Shown piece by piece: positions 21,431 to 30,391 of a stretch of 64,000 nt of DNA. This DNA is from Alphaproteobacteria bacterium (GTDB lineage Bacteria; Pseudomonadota; Alphaproteobacteria; UBA7879; UBA5542), in the NCBI GenBank assembly GCA_046317875.1, contig JBKCVN010000011.1:10898-74897 (forward strand), written 5' to 3'. The notes below the pieces were generated by a model. It worked only from the letters and a program-made list of their open reading frames with translations. It did not search any database and had not been told where the DNA came from. Made by a program: the position numbers and the translations under genes. Every line of letters starts with the position of its first letter. Position 1 is the stretch's first letter.

Positions 21431-21457
21431 AAAACCCGCTTCAAGGCGGGTTTTTTA
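21431..21457 (+). terminator. Rho-independent terminator downstream of rpmB
   Basis: AACCCGC-ttcaa-GCGGGTT stem-loop followed by TTTTTT. Confidence 0.7.
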
Positions 21458-21471
21458 ATTGAGGAATATGT

Positions 21472-22227
21472 GTGATCGATTATTTTGAATCATTGAAACT
21501 TATAGCCCAGTCTCCCGAGGTTTTACTAATCATTGAGTGGCTAGTATGTGGGCTTTTTATTTTGGGGGCTGACCGTTTCTTTAGATTGCCCGGCCTTTAT
21601 GTTTACACCGCAGTGGGCGTTATTGTGGCCAACGTCACAGTTTTAAAAGTGGTTCAGTTTTCTTTTTACCCAAACCCCATGGCGCTGGGAACCATGGTGT
21701 TTAGTTCTTTGTTTTTAGCCAGCGATATTATGAATGAACGCTATGGAAAAAAAGCCGCGCTTAAATCGGTGGGTTTGGGGTTTTTTGCCTATTTTGTGAC
21801 CATGGTACTTATGGGTCTTTCGTTGCTTTATGGTTCCAGCTCGTCTCTCACTTTTGATTCGGCCGTTTCTTTCTTAATAATGCCTGCCCCTTCTTTGTTC
21901 CTAGCCAGCTTGGTTTCTTATTTTTGCAGCCAGTATATGGATGTTTTTTTATATGATCTGATTCACAGCAAAACCGGCCAAAAATTATTATGGCTAAGGT
22001 CTTTTATATCCACCCTAGTGGCTGTATTTATTGATAATACAATTTTCAGTCTGCTGGCGTGGTCTCTTTTAACCCTGTCTCCACTGCCGTTGTCCGATAT
22101 TTTCTGGACCTATATTTTGGGAGCCACGGTATTAAGAGTTGTGGTTTCGCTGGGAAATGTGGCATTTATGTATGCCTCGGCTTTTTTGAATAGGAACAAT
22201 AACCCTCATGTCGTTTCGTTATCCTAA
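21472..22227 (+). CDS. yhhQ: Queuosine-precursor transporter, YhhQ/DUF165 family
   Basis: 251 aa polytopic membrane protein, matching the DUF165 family pattern as I recall it. Its 3' end overlaps tgt by 20 bp, and co-location with tgt is the known association. Confidence 0.7.
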   Translation: MIDYFESLKLIAQSPEVLLIIEWLVCGLFILGADRFFRLPGLYVYTAVGVIVANVTVLKVVQFSFYPNPMALGTMVFSSLFLASDIMNERYGKKAALKSVGLGFFAYFVTMVLMGLSLLYGSSSSLTFDSAVSFLIMPAPSLFLASLVSYFCSQYMDVFLYDLIHSKTGQKLLWLRSFISTLVAVFIDNTIFSLLAWSLLTLSPLPLSDIFWTYILGATVLRVVVSLGNVAFMYASAFLNRNNNPHVVSLS

Positions 22228-23395
22228 TTTTTCTTTTACCTTCACCGAGTGCCCCACGGCGGGACGGGCTCGCTTGGGCCAAATCGGAACCCCCCATGGC
22301 ACTGTCCAGACGCCTGCTTTTATTTTTTGTGCCACCAAAGGAGCGATGAAAGCGGTGGCCATGCCCCAGGTGACCGAAGCCGGTACGCAAATTATTTTAT
22401 CTAACACCTACCATATGATGTTACAGCCCGGATCCGAGCTGGTAAAAAAGATGGGAGGTTTGCATAAGTTTTGCGGTTGGAATGGCCCCATGTTAACCGA
22501 TTCGGGGGGATTTCAAATTTTTAGTTTAGGGCATGGATCGGTTGCGGAGGAAATTAAGGGTAAGCGGTCCCAACCTGGCCGACGGTCGGTGGTCAAAATT
22601 AAGGAAGAAGGGGCTTATTTTCAATCCTATATCGATGGAAAAAAATGGCTTTTGACGCCTGAAAAATCCATCCAGGTTCAGCGTGAATTGGGGGCAGATT
22701 TAATTGTGGTTCTTGATGAATGCACCCCTTTCCATGTGGACAAAAGATATACCCAAAGATCCATGGAGATGAGCCATCGGTGGGCTTTAAGAAGTTTGGC
22801 AGAATTTGACCGTGGGAATGATCATACACAAGCCTTGTATGGGATTATTCAGGGGGGCGTTTATGAAGGTCTGCGCCAGCAAAGCATTGATTTTGTGAAC
22901 GATAATGATTTTTTCGGTCATGCGATTGGGGGGTCCCTAGGGGCCAACAAAGACCAGATGGAAGAGATTGTTTCGTTTACCGCCCCCAAGCTGCGGCGTG
23001 ATCGACCTATTCATTTATTGGGGATTGGGGGCATTCGGGATATTTTTGCGGGGGTACGCCAGGGGATTGATACCTTTGACTGTGTTCATCCCACCCGCAT
23101 TGCACGGCATGGAGGTGCCTTGGTTAAGGGCGCCAAGCGTGAGCATGTTCAAATTCGAAATGCTCAGTATCGAGAAGATGAACGCCCCTTAGAAACTGAC
23201 TGTACATGTAGTACCTGCCAAGGATACTCGCGGGCCTATTTGCACCATTTGTTTAAGGCCAAAGAAATTTTAGGGATGCAATTGCTGACCATCCATAACA
23301 TTCACTTTATGAATGCTTTAATGACAGATATCCGCGAGAGTCTTAAATCTTCGACACTACAAAGTATTGAAGAAAAATGGTTGGTAAAGAGCTGA
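22208..23395 (+). CDS. tgt: Queuine tRNA-ribosyltransferase
   Basis: 395 aa. Catalytic LTDSGGFQIFSL motif, Zn-binding CxCxxC...H region near the C-terminus (CTCSTCQGYSRAYLHH), and a Tgt-type N-terminus. Confidence 0.9.
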   Translation: MSFRYPNFSFTFTECPTAGRARLGQIGTPHGTVQTPAFIFCATKGAMKAVAMPQVTEAGTQIILSNTYHMMLQPGSELVKKMGGLHKFCGWNGPMLTDSGGFQIFSLGHGSVAEEIKGKRSQPGRRSVVKIKEEGAYFQSYIDGKKWLLTPEKSIQVQRELGADLIVVLDECTPFHVDKRYTQRSMEMSHRWALRSLAEFDRGNDHTQALYGIIQGGVYEGLRQQSIDFVNDNDFFGHAIGGSLGANKDQMEEIVSFTAPKLRRDRPIHLLGIGGIRDIFAGVRQGIDTFDCVHPTRIARHGGALVKGAKREHVQIRNAQYREDERPLETDCTCSTCQGYSRAYLHHLFKAKEILGMQLLTIHNIHFMNALMTDIRESLKSSTLQSIEEKWLVKS

Positions 23396-23398
23396 TTT

Positions 23399-25747
23399 TT
23401 AAAATCTTTTGCCAAGACGTAGCGCTATCTCATGAGCTTTCAGATGTTCGCCGAATTCCCCTGCATAGTTGGCATTCATAAACCAGTTGTCATTCAATTT
23501 AAATTCGGAAGATAAGGTCAATCCACCATAAATTTTGGTCTTATCATTGCTCGTAATGCCAAAGCCGTTTCCACCCACCGTTCCATTAATGTGTCCTTTT
23601 TTCATGGGATCCATCACGATCATTTTTAATCCAATCGAATAAATTGCAGTAACAGATTCATGAATTTTATGGGTAGATAAATTAAACCCTGCTTCTGTCC
23701 GCAACATAGATGAACACCTGCCTTTTATGGTTTGATTATTGGCACCGGCTCCTATTTCCGTATAGCCATCTTCATGTCCATAAATCATCGTTGTGCTAAT
23801 GTTAGGGACCAGAAGCCATTGTTTGTCCTCTAACAGAATACGGTAACCAGCCCCGATAGAAGGTACTAATTGGTATCCATCATGTTTGTTGGTTGCCACA
23901 GTATTTGGGTCAATTTTACGCCCCATTTTAAATTTGTTAAGGGCTGCTGTCATCATGGTTTCAGCATACCAATTGTCATCCGTCCACGAGGCAAAAACCG
24001 TGGCAAATTGATCAGTGATCTGGGCTTTGCTGCCATTGGATTTTAATTCTGATGTGCTATTGGCCGATCCAATACCGCCCCCCACAACCAGCTTTTGGGT
24101 GATTTTATGATCCATTCCAAACAAAATACCGGCTGTTCTGGAATCAAATCCCGATTCTTGACCAGTTCGTTCTTGTTCAACGACTTGCCCGAAAGGTTGG
24201 GCCCAGATCCCTGTTTTTTCCGTGCGTAGGGGTGCGAATCGATCAAATGTTTCTTGAGCCATAATTCCCATCATGCCTTCAGTATTGGCGAGATAAGACT
24301 GTGTTAAAGAGGGGGCCTTAAATGAGTTATCATTAAGTCCCTTATTTTGCGATCCACTGGAATTGGATTGTCCCCAAGATGAGGGTGTCCATGTGGATTG
24401 ACGGATACCATGGGAAACCGTGGAAAATATTTTGTGTACGGCTGTGCGCACTTTTTCCAAAGACTTATTGATACTCTGGGCGGTTGAATGCACATGATGT
24501 CGGGTTTCTTCGGAAAGAGTCGTAGGCGCAGAGGTGGGTATATAATTAATGATAGCCCGTAAAATAGGCGTTAAATCTTGAAGATCCTCGAGGTCTAGCC
24601 CATCAGGTATGGCTACTCCACTAGGGGCAGCTTGGGCTTCCCCCTCATCATAATTCAACTCAACTGCGGCATTTTCTAGAACATTTCCTTCTAAATCATA
24701 GATGTTGATGGTATCAAATACACCATCAATGCTGCCTCCATTGTCGCCATTTCTATAAATTATATTACGTGTATCGGCAGTATAGGTATGGGTTGGGTCT
24801 AGATAAAAAGAAATGTTTCCATTATCGGCTGTGATGTTACCTCTGCTTGTATTTATGCTGTTGGCAGCAATAATCATGAATCCATTTTTATTAGCCGTAA
24901 TATCAAATCCTAAATGAATGCCGGTGTTAGCATTAAACTCTGAGGCTATCCCCATGTAGCCTGGCACCCCCGTGGAAGAAACTTTGTTGCGAACAAATGT
25001 ATTGGTAAAACCCACGGCAGTAGGGGCCCATGTGGCCCCCCCATCGTTAATAAGGTCCCAGGAATCAACCGATGATTCCCCCCCAATAATGGTTAGTCCG
25101 CGAGCATCAGCCGTGCTGGCATTGTTGGTAATGGTGCCGCTGGTGGTTAAATTGGACCCGTTAAAATTAATCTGCCCTGAATTGTTTAGTGTAATGCCTT
25201 GGGTCTGAGAATTGCCAAAAGAATCTCCTGAGTTAATATCTATGGTTTTGTTCGCAGGTATAGTAAAAGTCTGAGTCACCCCTGACGTATTACTAATCCG
25301 CCCCACTTCCAAACGGGGGCCTGATAAATTAAGGGTATAAGAAGGGGTGGGGTCACCGCCATCGCGAGTCAAAAATTCAATAGATTCTAGCTGAATCGTA
25401 TTAACATCTAAGTCATTTCCATAGGGATCTAGCCCCGCAGAAGATCCTGATTCAAGATTAATTGTTGTTTGTGCTGCCCCTCGATCATCAAAATAAACCA
25501 AAAAGCCTAAACAATCATACCCGCTGCCGCTGGCACTGGCGGTATAAAGTCTATCAGGAGCAACGCCAGTGGCATTGAAGGCTCCTTGGCCATAGTCATT
25601 CCAGTTGTTGATCGTATTCCAAGACCCATCTGTAGACCCATTCCAATATAAAGTAGCTATATTTCTTGCAAAACAAGAAGAACAAAAAATAGAAAAAAAA
25701 GTTAAAAAACGGTATATAAATCTGGAAATTAAAAAAGAATGCCTCAC
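23399..25747 (-). CDS. Autotransporter (type Va) outer-membrane protein with an N/S/T/G-rich passenger
   Basis: 782 aa. Signal peptide, beta-helical-type passenger, C-terminal beta-barrel translocator ending ..ALRLGKRF (terminal F). GGAGG RBS lies 7 nt upstream. Confidence 0.8.
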   Translation of the reverse strand: MRHSFLISRFIYRFLTFFSIFCSSCFARNIATLYWNGSTDGSWNTINNWNDYGQGAFNATGVAPDRLYTASASGSGYDCLGFLVYFDDRGAAQTTINLESGSSAGLDPYGNDLDVNTIQLESIEFLTRDGGDPTPSYTLNLSGPRLEVGRISNTSGVTQTFTIPANKTIDINSGDSFGNSQTQGITLNNSGQINFNGSNLTTSGTITNNASTADARGLTIIGGESSVDSWDLINDGGATWAPTAVGFTNTFVRNKVSSTGVPGYMGIASEFNANTGIHLGFDITANKNGFMIIAANSINTSRGNITADNGNISFYLDPTHTYTADTRNIIYRNGDNGGSIDGVFDTINIYDLEGNVLENAAVELNYDEGEAQAAPSGVAIPDGLDLEDLQDLTPILRAIINYIPTSAPTTLSEETRHHVHSTAQSINKSLEKVRTAVHKIFSTVSHGIRQSTWTPSSWGQSNSSGSQNKGLNDNSFKAPSLTQSYLANTEGMMGIMAQETFDRFAPLRTEKTGIWAQPFGQVVEQERTGQESGFDSRTAGILFGMDHKITQKLVVGGGIGSANSTSELKSNGSKAQITDQFATVFASWTDDNWYAETMMTAALNKFKMGRKIDPNTVATNKHDGYQLVPSIGAGYRILLEDKQWLLVPNISTTMIYGHEDGYTEIGAGANNQTIKGRCSSMLRTEAGFNLSTHKIHESVTAIYSIGLKMIVMDPMKKGHINGTVGGNGFGITSNDKTKIYGGLTLSSEFKLNDNWFMNANYAGEFGEHLKAHEIALRLGKRF

Positions 25748-25831
25748 GTAGCCTCCGAATAAATTTTTTTGTTGGCTTCATTATGGCTGAAAAGGGTGAT
25801 AGTCTCAAATAAAATTTAACAGGAGAATTCA

Positions 25832-26791
25832 ATGTTCAAAAAAATAAATCTTTTAAATTCGATGGGGGGACTAGCCGTATTAGCGACCATATCTCAGGCA
25901 ATGGCCGCTTCTGAGAGGGCCGATTATCATGAGTTAGCCTTGGTGGCAGGTCCGGCCCGATCGGGTACTAGCACACTTACGGCGGCAGTGCGTGCCTGTG
26001 GTTTTGGCTTATCGCCTGCCGCTGAGGCACAAAAAGAGGAACTTAAGGAAGAAACTGCTTCTGCGGAAAGCAAACTTAATCCCAAAGGAACGTTAGAAGA
26101 CCTTTTATTTTTAAAAATTGGTCGTGAATATATGAATCGTACCAATAAGGATAAACCACTGCCCCCTACGCACCCTTCTATGGCAAAGGGACGTAAGAAT
26201 ATTGGTATATTTTTTAACACAGTTTTTAAAGATTCTGCTCGTGTAGTCCTCAAGCATCCTGCGCTGTCTAAATTTGGTCCTATTCTGGAAAGGCGGGCCA
26301 CGCAAGAAGATGTGGGGGCTCAAGCATTAAATATAAAATTTTCTTATGTTATAGCCTTGCGCCATCCCGCAGATGTGGGGCTTTCTATGCACCATGCTTT
26401 TCACGAGCGTAATCCCGAGAAGACAGTAGAGGACTATATGGAGATGTGGCGAGAAAATTTACAGCAAGCCTTGAGTTCTGCAAATATAGAAAGTGAAAGA
26501 AAAATCACTGACGGCCAAGAAGAAGTGACTTTGCCCCCGGCTGCAAAACGTATTTTTGTGAAATATGAGGAAATTATGAAGCATACGGATGAAGCCTTGA
26601 CTACTTTGGCCCGCCGATTAGGGACAACTCTTGCGCCTGAAGCGTTGGAATCTTTTAAAACTGAATTTCTGTTACAAGATGTGCGCAAAAATCACACCCC
26701 CTTTATGGAAGATCATCCCGATTATCCGATGACTGAGTCCCAACGAGAGTTAAGAGACCATTTGGAAGCCTTGTATCAAGCCCAAGATTAA
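25832..26791 (+). CDS. Sulfotransferase-family protein with an apparent N-terminal signal peptide
   Basis: 319 aa. 5'-PSB-like P-loop LALVAGPARSGTSTL, typical of the bacterial sulfotransferase family. The N-terminus MFKKINLLNSMGGLAVLATISQAMAAS looks like a Sec signal peptide. Confidence 0.55.
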   Translation: MFKKINLLNSMGGLAVLATISQAMAASERADYHELALVAGPARSGTSTLTAAVRACGFGLSPAAEAQKEELKEETASAESKLNPKGTLEDLLFLKIGREYMNRTNKDKPLPPTHPSMAKGRKNIGIFFNTVFKDSARVVLKHPALSKFGPILERRATQEDVGAQALNIKFSYVIALRHPADVGLSMHHAFHERNPEKTVEDYMEMWRENLQQALSSANIESERKITDGQEEVTLPPAAKRIFVKYEEIMKHTDEALTTLARRLGTTLAPEALESFKTEFLLQDVRKNHTPFMEDHPDYPMTESQRELRDHLEALYQAQD

Positions 26792-26804
26792 CTAATAACC
26801 TTAT

Positions 26805-26840
26805 GGGCCCAACGGATTTTGTTGGGCCTTTTCTTTTTTT
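26805..26840 (+). terminator. Rho-independent terminator downstream of the sulfotransferase-like gene
   Basis: GGGCCCAAC-ggatttt-GTTGGGCC followed by a T-rich run. Confidence 0.6.
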
Positions 26841-26881
26841 GTGATATAACTCATTCTTTTTAAACATTTGGAATATTAATT

Positions 26882-28708
26882 ATGACTGAAATTCGAAACC
26901 TTGCCATTATTGCCCACGTTGACCATGGAAAAACAACCCTGGTGGATTCATTGCTTCATCAAAGCGGAACATTTCGCGAAAACGAACGGGTGGAAGAGCG
27001 GGCCATGGACTCGAATGAATTGGAAAAAGAGCGTGGGATTACTATTTTGGCTAAGTGTACTTCAATCAATTGGGGTGACAAGCGTTTCAATATTGTAGAC
27101 ACACCAGGTCACGCTGACTTTGGCGGAGAAGTAGAACGTATCTTAGACATGGTGGACGGCGTAATCCTGTTGGTGGATTCGGCCGAAGGACCCATGCCCC
27201 AGACCAAGTTCGTGTTGACCAAAGCTTTGGCCCAGGGATTGCGTCCGATCGTCATTATCAACAAAATTGACCGTCCCGATGGACGCCCCCAAGAAGTGTT
27301 GGACGAGGTGTTCGAGTTGTTCATGTCGTTGAATGCCACAGACGAACAATTAGATTTCCCCATTTTGTATGCAGCTGCCCGTGATGGATGGGCGGTTCGG
27401 GATTTGAATGATCCGCGCGAAAATATGAATCCCCTTTTTGAAACCATTTATAACCATATTCCGGCCCCCACTGTGGATAAAAGAGGTCCTTTCAAAATGT
27501 TGGCCACCATCTTGGAATACGATAACTTCGTGGGTCGTATCTTAACCGGCAAGGTATACAGCGGAAAAGTATCCGTGAATGATGCCGTAAAGGCTTTAAG
27601 CCCCGCCAGCGAACAAAAAGAAACGGGGAAGGCCACCAAGCTTTATATGTTTAAAGGCTTGCAACGGATCCCTGTGGATACGGTTGAAGCGGGTGATATC
27701 GTGACTTTTGCTGGGCTTTCTGAAGCTACTGTGGGTGATACCATTTGTACCCCCAGTGTTACTGAAGCGTTGAAAACCATTCCGATCGACCCCCCCACCT
27801 TGGCCATGACCTTCTCAGTGAATGACTCTCCATTAGCAGGGTTGGAAGGAAAAAAACTGACATCCCGTATGATTCGCGACCGATTGATGCATGAAAAAGA
27901 AATTAACGTGTCGATTCGGGTCACCGATACGGAAAACAAAGAAGCTTTGGAAGTGGCCGGCCGTGGCGAGTTGCAGCTGGGGGTTTTGATTGAAACCATG
28001 CGCCGTGAAGGGTTTGAGTTATCTATCAGTCGTCCTCGGGTTTTGTTCAAAAAAGACGAGACAACGGGTGAGCGCCTGGAGCCCATCGAAGAAGTTCAAA
28101 TTGACGTGGACGAACCCTATGTGGGTGTCGTGGCCGAAAAAATGGGCCTTCGTAAGGGTGAAATGATGAACATGACCACCACGGGTGGTGATAAGATGCG
28201 GTTGACATTTATGGTGCCGACCCGCGGTTTGATTGGATATCGAAGCGAATTTTTGACCGACACACGGGGCACAGGCGTGATGTGCCGTTCTTTTCATGGA
28301 TATGCCCCGCATAAGGGAGAAATTAGCGGTCGTCGTAACGGAGTTCTGTTGTCCACCGATAAAGGAAAAGCGGTGGCCTATGCCCTGTGGGCAATTGAGG
28401 AACGTGGTGTTCTTTTCATCCATCCGGGTGACGAAGTGTATACCGGCATGATTATTGGTGAAAACTCTCGCCCCAATGACCTGGAAGTGAACCCCTTAAA
28501 AGGTAAAAAACTTTCTAACGTGCGTGCTTCAGGAAAAGATGAGGCGATTCGTCTGACGCCTCCGCGTGAAATGACTTTGGAAACGGCCATTTCTTATATT
28601 CAAAGTGATGAATTGGTGGAAGTAACGCCTGAGAATGTGCGATTACGCAAGGTTTATTTGGATCCCAACGACAGAAAACGAGCCGAAAGATCCAACACTT
28701 TTGAATAA
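26882..28708 (+). CDS. typA: Translational GTPase TypA/BipA
   Basis: 608 aa. G-domain AHVDHGKTTL, DTPGHADF, NKID, plus the BipA-specific C-terminal domain. Confidence 0.95.
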   Translation: MTEIRNLAIIAHVDHGKTTLVDSLLHQSGTFRENERVEERAMDSNELEKERGITILAKCTSINWGDKRFNIVDTPGHADFGGEVERILDMVDGVILLVDSAEGPMPQTKFVLTKALAQGLRPIVIINKIDRPDGRPQEVLDEVFELFMSLNATDEQLDFPILYAAARDGWAVRDLNDPRENMNPLFETIYNHIPAPTVDKRGPFKMLATILEYDNFVGRILTGKVYSGKVSVNDAVKALSPASEQKETGKATKLYMFKGLQRIPVDTVEAGDIVTFAGLSEATVGDTICTPSVTEALKTIPIDPPTLAMTFSVNDSPLAGLEGKKLTSRMIRDRLMHEKEINVSIRVTDTENKEALEVAGRGELQLGVLIETMRREGFELSISRPRVLFKKDETTGERLEPIEEVQIDVDEPYVGVVAEKMGLRKGEMMNMTTTGGDKMRLTFMVPTRGLIGYRSEFLTDTRGTGVMCRSFHGYAPHKGEISGRRNGVLLSTDKGKAVAYALWAIEERGVLFIHPGDEVYTGMIIGENSRPNDLEVNPLKGKKLSNVRASGKDEAIRLTPPREMTLETAISYIQSDELVEVTPENVRLRKVYLDPNDRKRAERSNTFE

Positions 28709-28717
28709 AGAGTAGGC

Positions 28718-30004
28718 ATGATCCAAGGATTTAAAAAAAGCTATATTGATCCTTATTTCTCGCCCAGAGTTTTAAGTATAGCTTTTTTTGCCTTCCCTTA
28801 TGGGATGATGTTTTTCTTGATGGTGAACACCCCCCAGGTTTGGCTCAAAGAAATTGGGGTGGAAAAAACAAACATTGGTTTGTTTGCCTTGGTCAGCCTC
28901 CCCTATGTCTTTAAATTTCTGTGGGCCCCTTTGGTAGATGTGATCAAACTCCCCATTATTCATCGGCTGGGGCAGCGTCGCAGTTGGCTTGTTTTTGTAC
29001 ATATTCTGTTAATTTTAGGATTGGTGGCCATGGGGTTTTCTGACCCAAGGCCGGACCATTTACTCCCTTTAGGCATCATTGCCCTGATCCTTTCTTTTTT
29101 GGCGGCGACCCAAGATATTATTGTGGATGCCTATCGGATTGAAATTTTGAATAAAGACCAATCCATCCCTGGCGTCAGTATGCTGATTTTTGGATACCGA
29201 CTGGGGTCGATTACGGCCAAAGCAGGCCCCCTATACCTGGCCCATTATTTCAGCTGGACTGTGGCCTATATTGTGATGGCCATATTGGTGGGAGTGGGTA
29301 TTGTGGCCACTTTGTTTAACCCTGAACCCGTTCATGAAAAGAAAAAAAGAAGCTTATATGAAACGGTGGTCGAGCCTTTTTATGATTTGGTAAAGCGTTC
29401 CCCCTTATGGCCGGCTGTTTTCTGTTTTGTGGTGCTGTATCGTTTTGGGGATGCGATGATTAATAATATGGCCTCGGCCTTTTATTTAGAAATCGGATTT
29501 ACGAAGACAGAAATTGCTTCGGTCATGAATCTGTTTGGGATTTGTGCCACCATTGCAGGGGGGTTTTTGGGAGCTGCCGTTGTAAAACGGTTTAAAATTT
29601 ATGGAGGGATTGCTTTTTGTGGGGTGACCCATGCCCTTTCAAATTTAATGTTTGTGGTTTTAGCTTATGCTGGGAATGACCTGTCCATGTTTTATATGGC
29701 GGTGGGTGTGGAAAATATCACAGGGGGTATGAGCACTGCGGCCTTCTTCGTCTATTTATCGCGATTGTGTCGGTTGAATTATGCCGCCACGCAGTTTGCG
29801 CTATTAACCTCCTTATGGTCTTTGTCGACTCCGTTAGCAAGCATTAGTGGGTGGATTGTGGATCGATTGAATGGGAATTGGGTGTCGTTCTTTCTGTGGA
29901 CCGTTGTGGCAGCATTTCCAGCTATTATATTAATTAAATGGCTATCTAAGTATCCCCTGGGGAATGAGGGTGCGATTGATCCTGTTCAAAAAAAGAAAAA
30001 CTAA
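28718..30004 (+). CDS. AmpG-family MFS permease (muropeptide/signal transporter family)
   Basis: 428 aa, 12 TM, AmpG-like N-terminal region. Sits immediately downstream of typA. Confidence 0.75.
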   Translation: MIQGFKKSYIDPYFSPRVLSIAFFAFPYGMMFFLMVNTPQVWLKEIGVEKTNIGLFALVSLPYVFKFLWAPLVDVIKLPIIHRLGQRRSWLVFVHILLILGLVAMGFSDPRPDHLLPLGIIALILSFLAATQDIIVDAYRIEILNKDQSIPGVSMLIFGYRLGSITAKAGPLYLAHYFSWTVAYIVMAILVGVGIVATLFNPEPVHEKKKRSLYETVVEPFYDLVKRSPLWPAVFCFVVLYRFGDAMINNMASAFYLEIGFTKTEIASVMNLFGICATIAGGFLGAAVVKRFKIYGGIAFCGVTHALSNLMFVVLAYAGNDLSMFYMAVGVENITGGMSTAAFFVYLSRLCRLNYAATQFALLTSLWSLSTPLASISGWIVDRLNGNWVSFFLWTVVAAFPAIILIKWLSKYPLGNEGAIDPVQKKKN

Positions 30005-30240
30005 AAAATTTTTCTGCTTAAACTGAAAATAATTACATTTTTATTAAGTGGCTTCTCTATCGCGCAGGCGGCAATTATGGTGAGGAATACAAATCCTAAA
30101 GGCGCTTGATTTGCCAGCCAAGGCATTTGAGGAGTCTTGGAAACAAAAGTCTTCTTTAATATTTGGGAAAGAACAGAAAAAGCGCTAATTTTTCTTGCTT
30201 CTTCTCTTGCAAAAAAACTGCAGCATGTTAATATCCTGGC

Positions 30241-30315
30241 TTAAACAAGCGGGAATAGCTCAGGGGTAGAGCACAACCTTGCCAAGGTTGGGGTCGAGGG
30301 TTCGAATCCCTTTTC
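30241..30315 (+). tRNA. tRNA-Gly (GCC), CCA encoded
   Basis: Cloverleaf read by eye: acceptor GCGGGAA/TTCCCGC, anticodon loop CTTGCCAAG, T-loop GGTTCGAATCC. Confidence 0.9.
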
Positions 30316-30391
30316 CCGCTCCAATTTTTCTGTTTCCTTCCTTGAGCCCATCTTGTAAGTTAATTAAGGTTCTTACACTTTAGGTTTTATA

